A DNA stretch of 64,000 nt. Source: Octopus vulgaris. Lineage: Eukaryota. Under the pieces are notes generated by a model. It searched no databases, was not told where the DNA came from, and worked only from the letters and a program-made list of their open reading frames with translations. The translations under genes and the position numbers were made by a program. The DNA is taken from the NCBI GenBank assembly GCA_951406725.2, contig OX597814.1, forward strand, positions 59,148,001 through 59,212,000. Direction: 5' to 3'. This document shows positions 13,361-27,117 of this stretch, piece by piece (position 1 is the stretch's first letter; the number at the start of each line of letters is the position of its first letter).

Positions 13361-14718
13361 CATGTATGTATGTATGTATGCATGTATGTATGTATGTATG
13401 TATGTATGTATGTATGTATGTATGTATGTATGTATGAATGTATATGCAGAAGTAAAGCCTAGTGTTGAAGGGATGGAAAGAAAAATTTAATATGTGGAAT
13501 TGTATACTCTTACCGAAGTGGCTTTGGTTGAAAGTAGAAAACACATGAGCACATACACACGCACATGCACAAGCACACACACATGCACACACAGTTACAC
13601 ACTTACAAGCACACACAGGCATGCACAGACACATATATGCACTTAAACATACAGATTCATATGGCGAATGACATTACAACCAAATTTTTTCTCGTTTTTT
13701 TTTGTTGTTCTTTCGATTTGTCTGATTTTTTTCTCTCCCAGTGGTTTTGTCTCTCTCTCTCTCTCACACACACTTTATCTATTTCGTCCTCTTTCTTTCT
13801 CTCTCTCCTTCTCTCCTTCTCATTCTGTTACTCCCTCTCCTCTCTCCTTATCTAGCTATCTATGTATCTATCACTATTTTCGTCCTACACGAAAGTTTGC
13901 TATATTTCCTTCTCTGGTTCCTACACATCACAACCCACTGACAAACAAACACCCACACACGCTGACACACACATGGAAAGACACACAACGCACAAGACAC
14001 ACACACACACATACACACATATACACACGTATCCTTGACCCACAACCCCTATAATGTGTATAAATGAAAATGTTTGATCCCGGTCAGATGCCCAGAATCA
14101 CTTAAACACACGTACATAACACCTATATAGAGAGACGCACACGTAGGATCGAACATGAAGGAAAATGCATATATGTATAAATATGAGGGCTTATCCATGT
14201 GTCTGTATGAGTATATGCAGTTATATATATGTGTGTGTGTTTGTGTGTTTTGTACGTGTGTGTATGCATTCTTTATGCCTGTGGATGGACATCTATTGTT
14301 TATATTAGGAAAAAATATTGTTTGATCCTAACTCAAACGTACACACTTTTCCGCCCTTCACACTACAAACCAACAGAATCGTCTCGGTCGGTACACGCAC
14401 ACACACACACAGACACACACTCACTCTCTCTCGCACACATACACACATACACACACACTCATATACACACCCCTGTACATATGCATGTACATTTATACAC
14501 ATATAGAGGCAAAGCTGCACATGTGTGTGTACGTGTGTGCGTTTCTGCGTGTGTCTGATTGCAAATCGATAGCGAATGAAGAATTACAAAGCAAAAATAA
14601 TAAATCAAATGGACGTTCACAGTGAATATTTATTATTCCGATGATCCAAGAAAGTTTTAGGAGTATATATACTACATAAACGTAAACATACATGTGCGTG
14701 GGTGTGAGTGCATATACA

Positions 14719-14765
<47 letters not shown>

Positions 14766-14828
14766 ATATATATATAAATATAAATGTATATATATATATA
14801 TACATACATATATGCATACATATATACA

Positions 14829-14859
<31 letters not shown>

Positions 14860-14918
14860 GTGATTGTATCTATGATCTATGTATATATATGCACACACAC
14901 ATATACATATATATATAC

Positions 14919-15081
14919 TTTAACTGGTTTCAGTCACTTGGCTGATTACATACTGGAGCACGAACAAATCGACCCCAGGACATACTCTTTCTAAGTTACG
15001 CGGAGATAAACGCACCAATATCAATCCTCAAGTGACGGTGGGGGGACGAACACAAACACAAAAGCACACTCGCATATGTAC

Positions 15082-15170
<89 letters not shown>

Positions 15171-15302
15171 GATTGATAGATATAAAGATATACGACGGGG
15201 TTCTTTGAGCTTGGTCGGCCCGAGGCTATTGTAGAAGATACACGCCCAAGGTGCCACATAGTGGGACTCAACCCTGAACCATGTGGTTTGGAAGCCACCC
15301 CT
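14919..15302 (-). mobile_element. SINE family A (internally deleted)
   Basis: Matches family A head and tail, with an internal (TA)/(TG) tract. Confidence 0.75.
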
Positions 15303-15401
15303 TTATATACATGCCTATGTGTGTGCGTGTGTGTGTGTGTCTATATATATATTTATATGAATATATGCATATATACATATATACACATATACATATATAT
15401 A

Positions 15402-15822
15402 TTACTTTTTTTTATTTGTTTCAGTCATGTGACTGTGGCCATGCTGAAGCACCGCCTTTGGTCGAGCAAATGGACCCCAAGACTTATTCTTTGTAAGCCT
15501 AGTACTTATTCTATCTGTGTCTTTTGACGAACCGCTAACTTACGGGGACGTAAACACACCGGCATCTGTTGTCAAGCGATGTTGGGGGACAAACACAGAC
15601 ACACAAACATATACACATACATACATACATATATATATATATATGTATATACATATTTGCGACGGGCTTCTTTCAGTTTCCGTCTACCAAATCCACTCAC
15701 AAGGCTTCGGTCGGCCCGAGGCTATAGTAGAAGACACTTGCCCAAGGTGCTACGCAGTAGGACTGAACCTAGAACCATGTGTTTGATTAGCGAGCTACTT
15801 ACCACCCAGCCACTCCTACGCC
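15402..15822 (-). mobile_element. SINE family A, full length (tRNA head, CORE-like motif, internal microsatellite, tail)
   Basis: Minus strand GGCGTAGGAGTGGCTGGGTGGTAAG (A box)...GGTTCAGTCC (B box)...GCACCTTGGGCAAGTGTCTTC; many homologous copies in the window. Confidence 0.9.
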
Positions 15823-16056
15823 TATACATAAATATTTCATTATGGAAGTCTTTTGACTTTATGAGTCCCTCCTAGCGTGAGACATTTATGTATAGTAATG
15901 CCCTTAATATAAATAAATATATATAAAGGGAATAATTAATAAGTTTTTCCCTTATTTTTACACGCTAACTACTTGATAAATTCTTATAAAAATTTAATCC
16001 TATTTGTAAATTATATATATATATACATATCTATATATATCTATATATATATATAT

Positions 16057-16130
<74 letters not shown>

Positions 16131-16291
16131 GCATATATAATGTGTGTATGGGTATTTTTATTCATATTGAGAAGAAGCAAGTGTCTAACTCAAGATCTGA
16201 CGGTTTGGTCATTGAAACTTGCCAAAGTTTGTCAATTGGCAATGCACGGAACTCTTGTACCTTGAGCTGCTTTGTTGCTTCTGCTAGATAT

Positions 16292-16334
<43 letters not shown>

Positions 16335-16721
16335 AACACACACACACACATATTTATATATATATATATCATTATGAATGTATATATGGATCGATGGCGA
16401 CAAACACACGTATATACACTTAAACACGCACACGTACGTATTCATACACCGTACTATGCATACAGGTGTGTGCTATTGCGGTCAAACAATTTGAGCGATA
16501 TACACATGCAATTTAATGTATTTAAAATAAAGCAACAATGAACTTACAGGAAAGTCTAACAGCTGATGAAATATATAAATATTACCAAGTTAACGAAAGT
16601 TCTACTGTAAATCAAGTATTTCTCAATAAGTACACCAGCATGGAAACCCGAAAACCAGCCAAATACTTCAATATTTTCTAATTACAGTTCAATTTCCATG
16701 TTAATTAGTTACGTATATGTA

Positions 16722-16779
<58 letters not shown>

Positions 16780-16803
16780 CATGCATACATATATATATAT
16801 ATA

Positions 16804-16841
<38 letters not shown>

Positions 16842-17315
16842 TACACACATATATATGTATATATACATTTATATATACATATATATATATACATATACAT
16901 ATATACATATATATACATGCACACATATATGTATATACACACACATATATATATACATATATGCATATATATGTGTGTATACGTAAATACGTAAGAACAT
17001 GTAAGTTTATTTATACATCTGTGTGTGTATGCGTGCGTGTGCGTGTGCGTGTGTGTATTTTTATATGTAATTAAATCTGTGTGTACGAAGTTAAATGCAA
17101 CGACTTGCATTTTTGCGCATACCTATGCACAATCACATATAGGCAGGCGGAGAGACAGCCTGACAGCCAGCCAGACAGATATTCACACACTACATTATAC
17201 ACACATTTAAAAACAGGTGACAACTAAGATTAAATGACTTTCATTCACCCGTTAAAGCTTCCAAATAACTCATAAGTATGTGTTTTAGAGTGGTGTATAT
17301 ACTCGCGCGCGCGAG

Positions 17316-17352
<37 letters not shown>

Positions 17353-18063
17353 TTAATATGTGACATATGTGCTTAGAAAGAACTACATGAATGCCGAAGT
17401 TAAAATAATAAAGACAGTAATTGATACCCACCCACACAATCCTAACTTGCACACATACAGGGACTCACACATATGCGTTGAATCACATACCCTCACTCCG
17501 ACACAGACATGCACATATATATACAAATATATTTGATTGTTAACATGTAACGTTTGCATACAGCCATTTACTGACACGTACACATACACACACCCACATT
17601 TATACACTCACGCACACACACACTAATGCACACAGCTCACACATAAATATGTACGTTCTGTTCATATATGCACATACACACACGCATATGGTATTAAGCT
17701 GTATTTGTTTTCATAGTTTCACAAAAATTTGTTTCTCGTTAGTTGGACGTGACGAAAAACATAACTTCCCTACATGAGTTTGTGATGTAACAGTCAATGC
17801 ATTTCTATAAATTAAAAGCGTGTGTGTGTGTGTTTTTATGTGTGTGTGAGGTTGTGCGTTCGTGTGTGCTTGCGTGCATGTCCGTGAGTGAATGTATGTA
17901 TGCATTCATATACATGCGTAACTACGTCCATCACTCACTTTCACTTTCTCTCTTTTGCTCTTTCTCTCTCTCTCTCTCCCTTTCTATCTCAATCTTTATG
18001 ATATTAATATAAGTATGTGTGTGGGTGTATATATGTTTAAATATGTATCTATGTATATATATA

Positions 18064-18099
<36 letters not shown>

Positions 18100-18132
18100 T
18101 GTATATACACACAGACATAGATAGATAGACAA

Positions 18133-18172
<40 letters not shown>

Positions 18173-19173
18173 TTTTATATATATATAAACACATATTTAT
18201 ATACATAAATATAAACATATATGTACATTTACACAGACATATATATATATAAATATGTATATGTGAGTGTGTGTTTGTGTGTGTGTCCAAGCATTATATA
18301 CAACTCTATAAATATATATATGAAAGTCTATATATGTTTGTGAATACATGCAGTGTAACGGTAATTGTGTATATGTGTAATATACCAAATATTTGCGAAC
18401 GATACCACGAAAAGAAATTTTCTTTTAGAAACACGTATATCAACGTTAGCTTGTTTGTGAACGGGTTTTTAATATACATATTTATATATAAACTTTTATT
18501 TACTCGCTGAAAAGTGAATTCATGTTTGTATATATTTTAGCAATAACGGTTATATTTAAAACAAATACTTACCTTACAAAGCAAATGCTCGATCCTTTTT
18601 TTATGAAAAGAAAAAAAATGTCTCTGCATAGATGATTTGTTACGTTAACTTACTATTCCTGTATCTTTGCCATTTGAAAAGCGACATGGTAAATCAACAC
18701 AGCTTAACTAAAAACCGACCGACAATGCAGCCAGCAAGCCATTCACTGAATCAACCGACTAACCAGGCAGCATGCTTTTTACTGAACGTTCCAACCATCC
18801 AGTCGAACAGCACGCTGGCAGACTGATAGCTTAGGAAACATAAGAGCAAAGGAAGAAACAAAACGAAACGAAATCAGACATGACAATAATTGTTATCCTT
18901 GCCATCCTAGAAACAGATCCGGAAAACAAAGCACATAAAATGAAGGCGCACTTGTATTGTTTTTTTTTTTTCCTGAATATACTACGAAGTAGATATTTGA
19001 GTATGTGTGTACCGATGTGTCAATATGTGCGTCTGTGTGTGAGTGTATGTGCGTCTGTGCATGTGTGTACAACCACTCACACGCGCGTGCACACAGACAC
19101 ACAGTCAGATAGATTCACATACGCATACACATATGTACGTATAGCTATATGCATATATGTATATATGTCTGTA

Positions 19174-19231
<58 letters not shown>

Positions 19232-19290
19232 TATATACACACATATATTCATATATGTATATAAATATATATATAAATATATATATATAA

Positions 19291-19364
<74 letters not shown>

Positions 19365-19366
19365 GT

Positions 19367-19403
<37 letters not shown>

Positions 19404-19673
19404 GCATATACATATATATATATTTATATGTCTGTCTGTATATATATATATATACACACACACACAGAGAAACACAAGCACAGAGATATATACACCAACA
19501 CACACAGTAATCTATAAGTTTATATACCTGGGAAATTTTTTGTAGACTTTCGATTATTACTTTCACTTGGAACAAGAATGAAACTTATATTCTAAGTTTG
19601 GAAACAGTTGTATAAATATGTGTGTTTATGTGTGACTTGGTGTGCGTGTGCATATGTCAATATCTATACACAT

Positions 19674-19712
<39 letters not shown>

Positions 19713-20171
19713 TTATGTATATTATATATATATAAATAATTACATGTATATATGCAATTATATATATATATATACTTATATATAAAGGTAGACAGATTAC
19801 ATAGATCTATGTATATATCTATATACATATATATACATATATTTGTATATATATATATATATATATCTGTATATATATACAGATATATAGATGTATATAT
19901 ATACATATATACATAAATATATATATATGGATATATATATACATATATATATATTCATGCATATATATCCATAAATATATATATGTATACATATATGTAT
20001 ATAACTATATACATATATATATACATACATATACATATATAAATGTATGCATATATATATAAATATATATATACATATATACACACACATACATATATAT
20101 ATACAAATATATATACTTATAAAAAGTAAACGATTCAAAAGGAAGAGTAAGTATGGTTAGGCAGCTTGTTA

Positions 20172-20293
20172 ATCACTACAAATTATTCGATACGTACAGA
20201 TCCTCGTATATACAGGATTTAAAGTTAAGTTTAAATCACATTATGTAATGATTTACCTGTATAGGAAGATCTACATGTATTTCCTCAGGTGAT
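20172..20293 (-). ncRNA. Decayed type I hammerhead with ~90-nt stem II
   Basis: ATCAC-CTGAGGA-[long hairpin]-GAAT-AATTTG-TA-GTGAT; stem I 5 bp; GAAA mutated to GAAT. Confidence 0.6.
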
Positions 20294-20435
20294 ACTCAGA
20301 TCTTCTTATACAGGTAAATCATTACATAATTTAAATTCAAACTTAACTTTAAATCCTGTATATACGAGTATCTGTATGTATCGAATCATATGTATATATG
20401 TATGTATACATGTATAGTCTAGGTATATATATGTA

Positions 20436-20521
<86 letters not shown>

Positions 20522-20575
20522 AATATATATATAAATATAAATTAATCAAAATAAAAACATGATGCCAAGGATTCA

Positions 20576-20653
20576 GCGGTACATATGTTTCGGGCCTTTA
20601 TTAGACGGATTTATAACAATGCATAATGTGCGTCTGTGGCCTTCTTCAGCCGC
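20576..20653 (-). ncRNA. Type I hammerhead ribozyme, intact core
   Basis: GCGG-CTGAAGA-AGGCC...GGCCC-GAAA-CATATG-TA-CCGC: stem I 4 bp, extended stem II, palindromic stem III, GUA cleavage triplet. Confidence 0.8.
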
Positions 20654-20998
20654 GCACAACTACTTCTTCAAAGACATGTATTACATCAAAGATTCTTGGT
20701 TGGGTATGCAAATCCTCTCATTCGCGTACGACGTAATGCGCAACAGCATAAAAATAAAGCGTCCATCTCGTTCTTCTCTCAATGTAGAATGAGGAAGTTT
20801 GGATGTTGAAGTAATATAAATAAATTAATAAATAAATATATACATATATAAATATATAAATACAGACAGACGTGAAGGAACCTGGTAATAAGAGCAAATA
20901 GAGATAAATATATATATATATATAAATATATATATATATATTTACATGGATGTTGTAGCATGGACATCTAAGTTTACTTGTGGGGACAGCAACTGAGT

Positions 20999-21120
20999 AT
21001 CACCTGAGGAGATACATATAGATCTTCTTATACAGGCAAATCATTACTTAATTTGATTTAAACTTAACTTTAAATCCTGTATATACGAGGATCCGTATGT
21101 ATAGAAACATTTATAGCCAT
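20999..21120 (+). ncRNA. Decayed type I hammerhead with 93-nt stem II (inverted partner of 20172-20293)
   Basis: ATCAC-CTGAGGA-GATACATATAGATCTTC...GAGGATCCGTATGTATA-GAAA-CATTTA-TA-GCCAT. Confidence 0.6.
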
Positions 21121-21360
21121 TGAAATGCTGCCTAACCGTACTTACTCTTCCTTTTGACTCTTTTATTTTTTACTTTTTATTTTCCCACACGAGGAATACC
21201 TAAGACTAGAATTGGTAGCATACCATAAGAATACTACCGCCTATTTGGCAGTTGTAAGAGTAAACGAGCTCTATTTGTACGCTTATACGTTCTGTACAGA
21301 ACATACCTCAACTATATACATATATATATATATATATACATAAATAATATATATGAACAT

Positions 21361-21429
<69 letters not shown>

Positions 21430-21646
21430 TATATACATATATAAATACAGGCATATATATATATATACATGCACATATATATACATATATTTATATACAT
21501 ATACATATATATATGCATATATACACATATATACATGCATATATATACGCATATATGTGTATATATATATATATGCATACATATATACATATATATATAT
21601 GCACGCATATACGCATATATACATATATATATATATGCATATATAT

Positions 21647-21821
21647 GGGGAGAATTCACAAAAAACAAAAGACGAAGGTAGGTGGTGTAGACAAGAAACA
21701 GATGTATTAATTTAATGCTCAGGAAGTGAAAAAGTCTTTAACGTTCCGAGCATACGCACTTCCACATAGAGGAACACAGATAGAAACAAGGAGAGAAAAT
21801 TTTTAAAGTGTAGTGGCTAGC
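21647..21821 (-). mobile_element. Minimal-HHR cassette family (decayed copy)
   Basis: Reverse complement of 50115-50295; HHR-like ATGTGGA-AGTGC-GTAT-GCTC-GGAA-CG-TT-AAAG at 21736-21771. Confidence 0.7.
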
Positions 21822-21913
21822 ATGTATACGTAAACATAAATACGTAAATTTATTATTATATACATATACAAAAAACATAAATATATACATACACACACAC
21901 ACGCATATATATA

Positions 21914-22580
21914 CAGTACTGTGCAAAGTCTTCGGCCACATTAAACTATTGTTAATTTCTACTAATTACCAATTGATAAGAGTAGGTTTAGCATTGTGTT
22001 TTTTATAGATGAAACATTGGCGCTGTTGGAATCATTTGGATATCTAATCATTATATTTTGTAGTAGATATTCTGAATGAAAGTGTAAGGTTTGAGACGAC
22101 AATCGAAACTGGCCTTGGCAAAAGTATTCGTCTACCTCACATATTCCAATCAAGATACACTCTTTTAAATCAGCAAAATGTCTGTGATAACTTATTACAT
22201 AATGCTGATTTCAGGAAGTTACTCTAGATTGTTAATATTTCCCTTGTATTCCCTTAGCTTGGATAATCGCTTCAATATATCTAGGAAGTGACTGAGTTCC
22301 CACGACTCTTCATGATTGTGGTGAATTTTCTGACGAACCCTGCTTTTTAGTTCTGTTCAGCATTAGTCGATGATGCTTAAATCAGGGCTCTGAGCTGGCC
22401 AACCTTTCACACGGCAACGTCTTCATCAGTCAGAGTCTGTTGTGTTGCCTGTATTTTATGGCATGGAGTTCCATCATGCAATCCACCTTCATTGTAGTCT
22501 GGTATGAAATTGTCCTTCAGCAACTGGATGTATTTCGCACTATTCAAGTTACCGTCAATTAAAACCGGCGTTTTTGAACC
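21914..22580 (-). mobile_element. Truncated Tc1 element (3' TIR and transposase C-terminal remnant)
   Basis: TA followed by CAGTACTGTGCAAAGTCTT TIR-like end; minus strand WPAQSPDLSIID near 22365-22400. Confidence 0.7.
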
Positions 22581-23585
22581 AAGTCCTTTTTCTCCAAATT
22601 TATAGTCATATACCTATATCAAAGTTTATAATTCTCCCTACTTTTGTTGCTAAGATTCCTCCTTCCAGTGTTGTTGGAATTAAATTAAATAATTTACATT
22701 TTTATATCGACCGTGTTCGAGTTAGCTTGGTTTTTATCGACTTATTTAAAGCAGGGATACTAAATAATTACAAATAATAATTACGTTGCGAGACGGAATA
22801 AATATCAGTAAATTATGTTCATTTTGCTAGGGAGTGCAAAAACAACTCTGGATACATTCCGGTTTTATTATAATGCAGCTAAAGATAGATTTCACGAAAC
22901 TTACACAATTACTCATGAATAAATTAGTAAATAAATGCATAATACTGTACATTGGTTGATGTAGAAAAAATTGTTTAGAGAATAAATAAATCAGAGGCTC
23001 CATTCATGTATATATTAATGTTTTTATCAATATTATTTTAGAAATGGTATTTCGGAAAATTTTCTTCGTACACAGAATATTTCCAATTTCTTTGATTTCT
23101 CCGAAAGAGGAAGCTGGATACTGCTATTTTGGGTAATACCCGCCTCCGTCGTCACCACCCATGATGTATCGAACATTCTTTCTACTGTGAAGGCATAACT
23201 AACTAATAAATAAATAAAGTATATTCCACTAAATCTAGACGATTAATCTTTCCTTTTCTTTATAAATATAACAATAAGAAAATAAAATGAACAAATATAA
23301 CCTCTGTTCAAGAAAACATATTATGAAAGGTCAAACCATGAGATTCTTCGAAAATTGTCTTTCAGTGTTAAACCATCACCACCATAGCAATCACCAACAC
23401 AACAAATATGATGATTTCCTTTAAATAATAATAATGTTAATACTACTAAGAATATTGTCATGAATAAATCTGGCCACATATTACTCGCACATATATATAC
23501 CAATATATAGAGGACATATATATTGGGGAGAGAGAGAGAGAGAGATGAATAAATAGATAGATTTACATATATACTTATATATATA

Positions 23586-24083
23586 CTAGCAAAAATACCA
23601 GTCGTTGACTGGGTTCAAAAATGGCCCTCAAGAATTATACTCTGATTTATGAAATTTACTACTTTAATATTATTGATTGTTTTGTAGTTGAATATCTGCA
23701 AGCTCTTATTGCCAGGTTTCGGCACAAAAAGTTATAATATTTTACTAATGAGACCGCTGATAGTCAGTCTCTTCAGCTCTTTCTCTTTTCCTGCGCTGAC
23801 ATTGCTTAGGTAGTCCAAATCTAATTTTTTTCGGAGGCATTGTAGTAGGGTGAATTAATCTATATGCGAGACAGGTGACTTAACTCATGTTAGCAAACTT
23901 ACGGAATTCATTGGTGTGAAAATTGGTAAAAGTTATGGTAAAAATCGATTTTTACCGCTATCCGGGGATGCCTCGGGAAAAATAAGTTGACAAAAGCACA
24001 GGCTTGTTCGTAACATGCGTGTTAATTTGTGGACGTGCATAAAGTACATTCACGCACACACACACATCTTGCCTTATATATAT
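23586..24083 (-). mobile_element. Non-autonomous Helitron
   Basis: Minus-strand 3' end CCAGTCAACGACTGG hairpin then TATTTTTG-CTAG|T; 5' end has TATATAAGGC followed by a GT microsatellite, like the other two Helitrons. Confidence 0.7.
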
Positions 24084-24103
24084 ATATGTATATATATATA
24101 TTC

Positions 24104-24235
24104 ATTTATTTTATAGAAGGAGCTTCTACAGGACTAGAACTGTTTCATTCAAATGAAATCATCAGGAAGCTTCCTGATGATTTCATTTGAATGAAACAGT
24201 TCTAGTCCTGTAGAAGCTCCTTCTATAAAATAAAT
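24104..24235. repeat. Perfect 132-bp palindrome (66-bp arms, no spacer)
   Basis: ATTTATTTTATAGAAGG...CAGGAAG|CTTCCTG...CCTTCTATAAAATAAAT. Confidence 0.95.
24168..24218 (+). ncRNA. Type I hammerhead ribozyme (mirror copy on minus strand at 24121-24171)
   Basis: AGCTTC-CTGATGA-TTTCATTTGAAT-GAAA-CAG-TTCTAGTC-CTG-TA-GAAGCT: 6-bp stem I, stem III CAG/CTG, GUA triplet; stem II closed by a U-U mismatch. Confidence 0.8.
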
Positions 24236-24300
24236 TAATTTACTCTGCAATGTATTGAGTACCTTATTTACTGTGGTTAACCCCGACTCAACCCGGGACC

Positions 24301-24381
<81 letters not shown>

Positions 24382-25008
24382 AGAGAGAGAGAATAATGAA
24401 GAAGTAAATCATGTAATTATCCACTTTATAAAGCATAACTAATTAGCGATCTAATAGAGCTTCACGATTATGAAATAAAAAACGAGAGAATAAAGTTCAA
24501 ATGTCAGTGTTCATATTCACTCAATCCATTTCAAATTGTCGGAATTCTCCACAGTAGACATAGGTGCATTCATATACACAACATATAGTAAAAATTTACA
24601 AGAATATAAAAAAAATTATAAATATATAAACATGTAGAAAATTATCAATATATAAATTCATAAATGTCCTTGCGAGGTTGAATGTCCATATTAAATCAAT
24701 GAGGAGGGTAGATGAGGAAGTTAGTATAAAATGATTTTAAGAGGAATCCTGAATAAGTGCAAAGTCTGATGGCCGTTTCGGAAAGATATAGGTTGGTATG
24801 GGCGAGCTAACTCCAACCAGTGCCATCCTCTATACTTCTTTCATTATATATTCTCATTAGAATATATATTTGCAGTGAAGAGCAAATAATTTAATAAAAT
24901 CAGTTTAAATTCAAATCAAGTTAAAGCTCCCACTGAATTTTTGGAATTACCATCCTTGTATGGAGAGTCACAGTTATAAAGTCAAATAATCTACCATTCT
25001 CCGATCAC

Positions 25009-25357
25009 CTCTTTTACTCTTTTACTTGTTTCAGTCATTTGACTGCGGCCATGCTGGAGCACCGCCTTTAGTCGAGCAAATCGACCCCGGGACTTATTTT
25101 TTGTAAGCCCAGTACTTATTCTATCGGTTCTTTTGCCAAACCGCTAAGTTACGGGGACGTAAACACACCAGCATCGGTTGTCAAGCAATGCTAGGGGGAC
25201 AAACACATAAACACACATATATATACGACAGGCTTCTTTCAGTTTCCTTCTACAAAATCCACTCACAAGGCATTGGTCGACCCCAAGATGCCACGCAGTG
25301 AACCCGGAACCATGTGGCTGGTTAGCAAGCTACTTACCACACAGCCACTCCTGCGCC
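25009..25357 (-). mobile_element. SINE family A
   Basis: Head GGCGCAGGAGTGGCTGTGTGGTAAG and full tail. Confidence 0.9.
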
Positions 25358-25541
25358 TATATTTTTACCTTATTATTAATTCTAGTTATAGCTATCGGAA
25401 TCCTTACATACGATATTAGGAAAAGAATTAGAAAATGTGAGAGAAACCTATTTGAAAATTATAAAACTAAATCACAAATGAGCTAATATCAATACTGATA
25501 TGTGTTATCACTATACTTCAAAGAAAATCATCAACAAAGCA

Positions 25542-26470
25542 GGATCTGCTCAGTTTGGCTCACAGATTTTTAAATAATTATTGTTTATTTTTAACTAAAC
25601 AGTTTGTAACTTCGTATACTGTGTAATTTCTCATGCTCAACACGGTTTGCTTTCAACATTTTTGACAAAATTTCGTATTTTAAAAGTTATTTCGTGTTAA
25701 ATTTGTTGCATTCGGGTAATTTTAACCAATGAACGAAGTGTATTCAGTTGAAGAAATCTACTGCTTTTTGCGAAAGTAATCGAAGAGGAAGAACTTCCAG
25801 GTCATCTCTACTAAATGTCACCACTCTGTTCTTTTATATTTTTGTTGCACATTACACGCGTTTTTTTGCTTTTGGTTCTCGCGTAGGAGTAACTAGTAAA
25901 ATCGAAAAATCAACACCAAGAAGGGAGAAATATTATTTACATATATTTATTCGTTTGCCCGACATGTAGTTAGAGAGACAGAAGTAATTGTAGTGGCAGT
26001 GACAAGTTCGCTCGTTTGTTGGTAGTTGGTATTGTAGAAGTGGCTGTCTGCCAGTAGAGAGAGAAAGAGTAAGGGATGCACGGTGCTGACTAGGAAGGAA
26101 GAAAAGATAATGTTGGCATCGTCTTTCTTGCGGCTGAAAGCTTCTCTATTGTGTCAGCTATGACCAAGGAACAACACTTTCCCTTCGCCCTTCGCTCGAC
26201 ATACGAATAGAACAGAATGTTGACATTTCGTAGAGATGACCCGGAAGTTGTTCCTCTTTGATAACTATTGCAAACAGCAGTAGCTTTCAACTGAATACAA
26301 GTCGTTGATTGGTTAAAATTACCCAAATACAACAACTTTAACACGAAATAACTGTCAAAATGTTGAAAGTAAAACGTGTTGAGCGTGAGTAATTACACCA
26401 GTATATGAAGTTTCAAACTGTTTCCTTAAAAAAATAAGGCAAATCTTTGTGAGCGAAACTGAACAGATCC
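25542..26470. mobile_element. Foldback MITE with GGATC termini and 8-bp TSD (Merlin-like)
   Basis: TIRs GGATCTGCTCAGTTTGGCTCAC / GTGAGCGAAACTGAACAGATCC; perfect TSD ACAAAGCA at 25534-25541 and 26471-26478; imperfect inverted arms of ~290 bp. Confidence 0.85.
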
Positions 26471-27117
26471 ACAAAGCATATATGCTTTTGTCTACGAAGC
26501 TTTATTATCAGATCATCTATACCACAGCATAGAAAGAATATATCAATCATGAAATGCACTAGAAAAGTATGCTAGGATTTAAAGAAAAGTTCATTAGTAG
26601 GAAGATAAATGCTAAATAAATATATGTGCATAGAGGTTACATTCACTGCAGGACGGAGAAGTAAATGTAAATACAACACTGCTGATTTATGACAAGTAAA
26701 CAGACGATGTAGTAAGGTAGAAACAATGGACAGAGATGAAAGATGAGTGAGGAAGGGACAAAAGAAGAAGTGAAAAAAAAAAGAAACCAGTTATTCAAAC
26801 AATGTACATTAACAGAAATGATACTTTGAAAAGTATAGACGACTTCTTTGAAATTAGAATTTTTCAGTCACAAAGTACGTTTGATTTTGCTTTTTTTTTT
26901 TGTTGTTGTTCTACTTGCTTTTCTTATTGCTCTTTGTCAACGAACGTGGTCTACATTCAATTTACGACTTTCTCATATTTTTTCTGTTATACTACTTAAA
27001 ACTCAGTATAGTATCCGTGAGATTTGTCCGGATTCACCGGGTTGTCAAAGAACCACATAAGAGGCTGCTAGAAATAGCAGCCAAATAACCTTCAAAAAAG
27101 CGAAGAAAGCATACTAT

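Noticed and set aside
17296-17321. 26-bp perfect palindrome TATATACTCGCGCGCGCGAGTATATA
   Set aside because: Built mostly from self-complementary dinucleotide repeats; expected in this background
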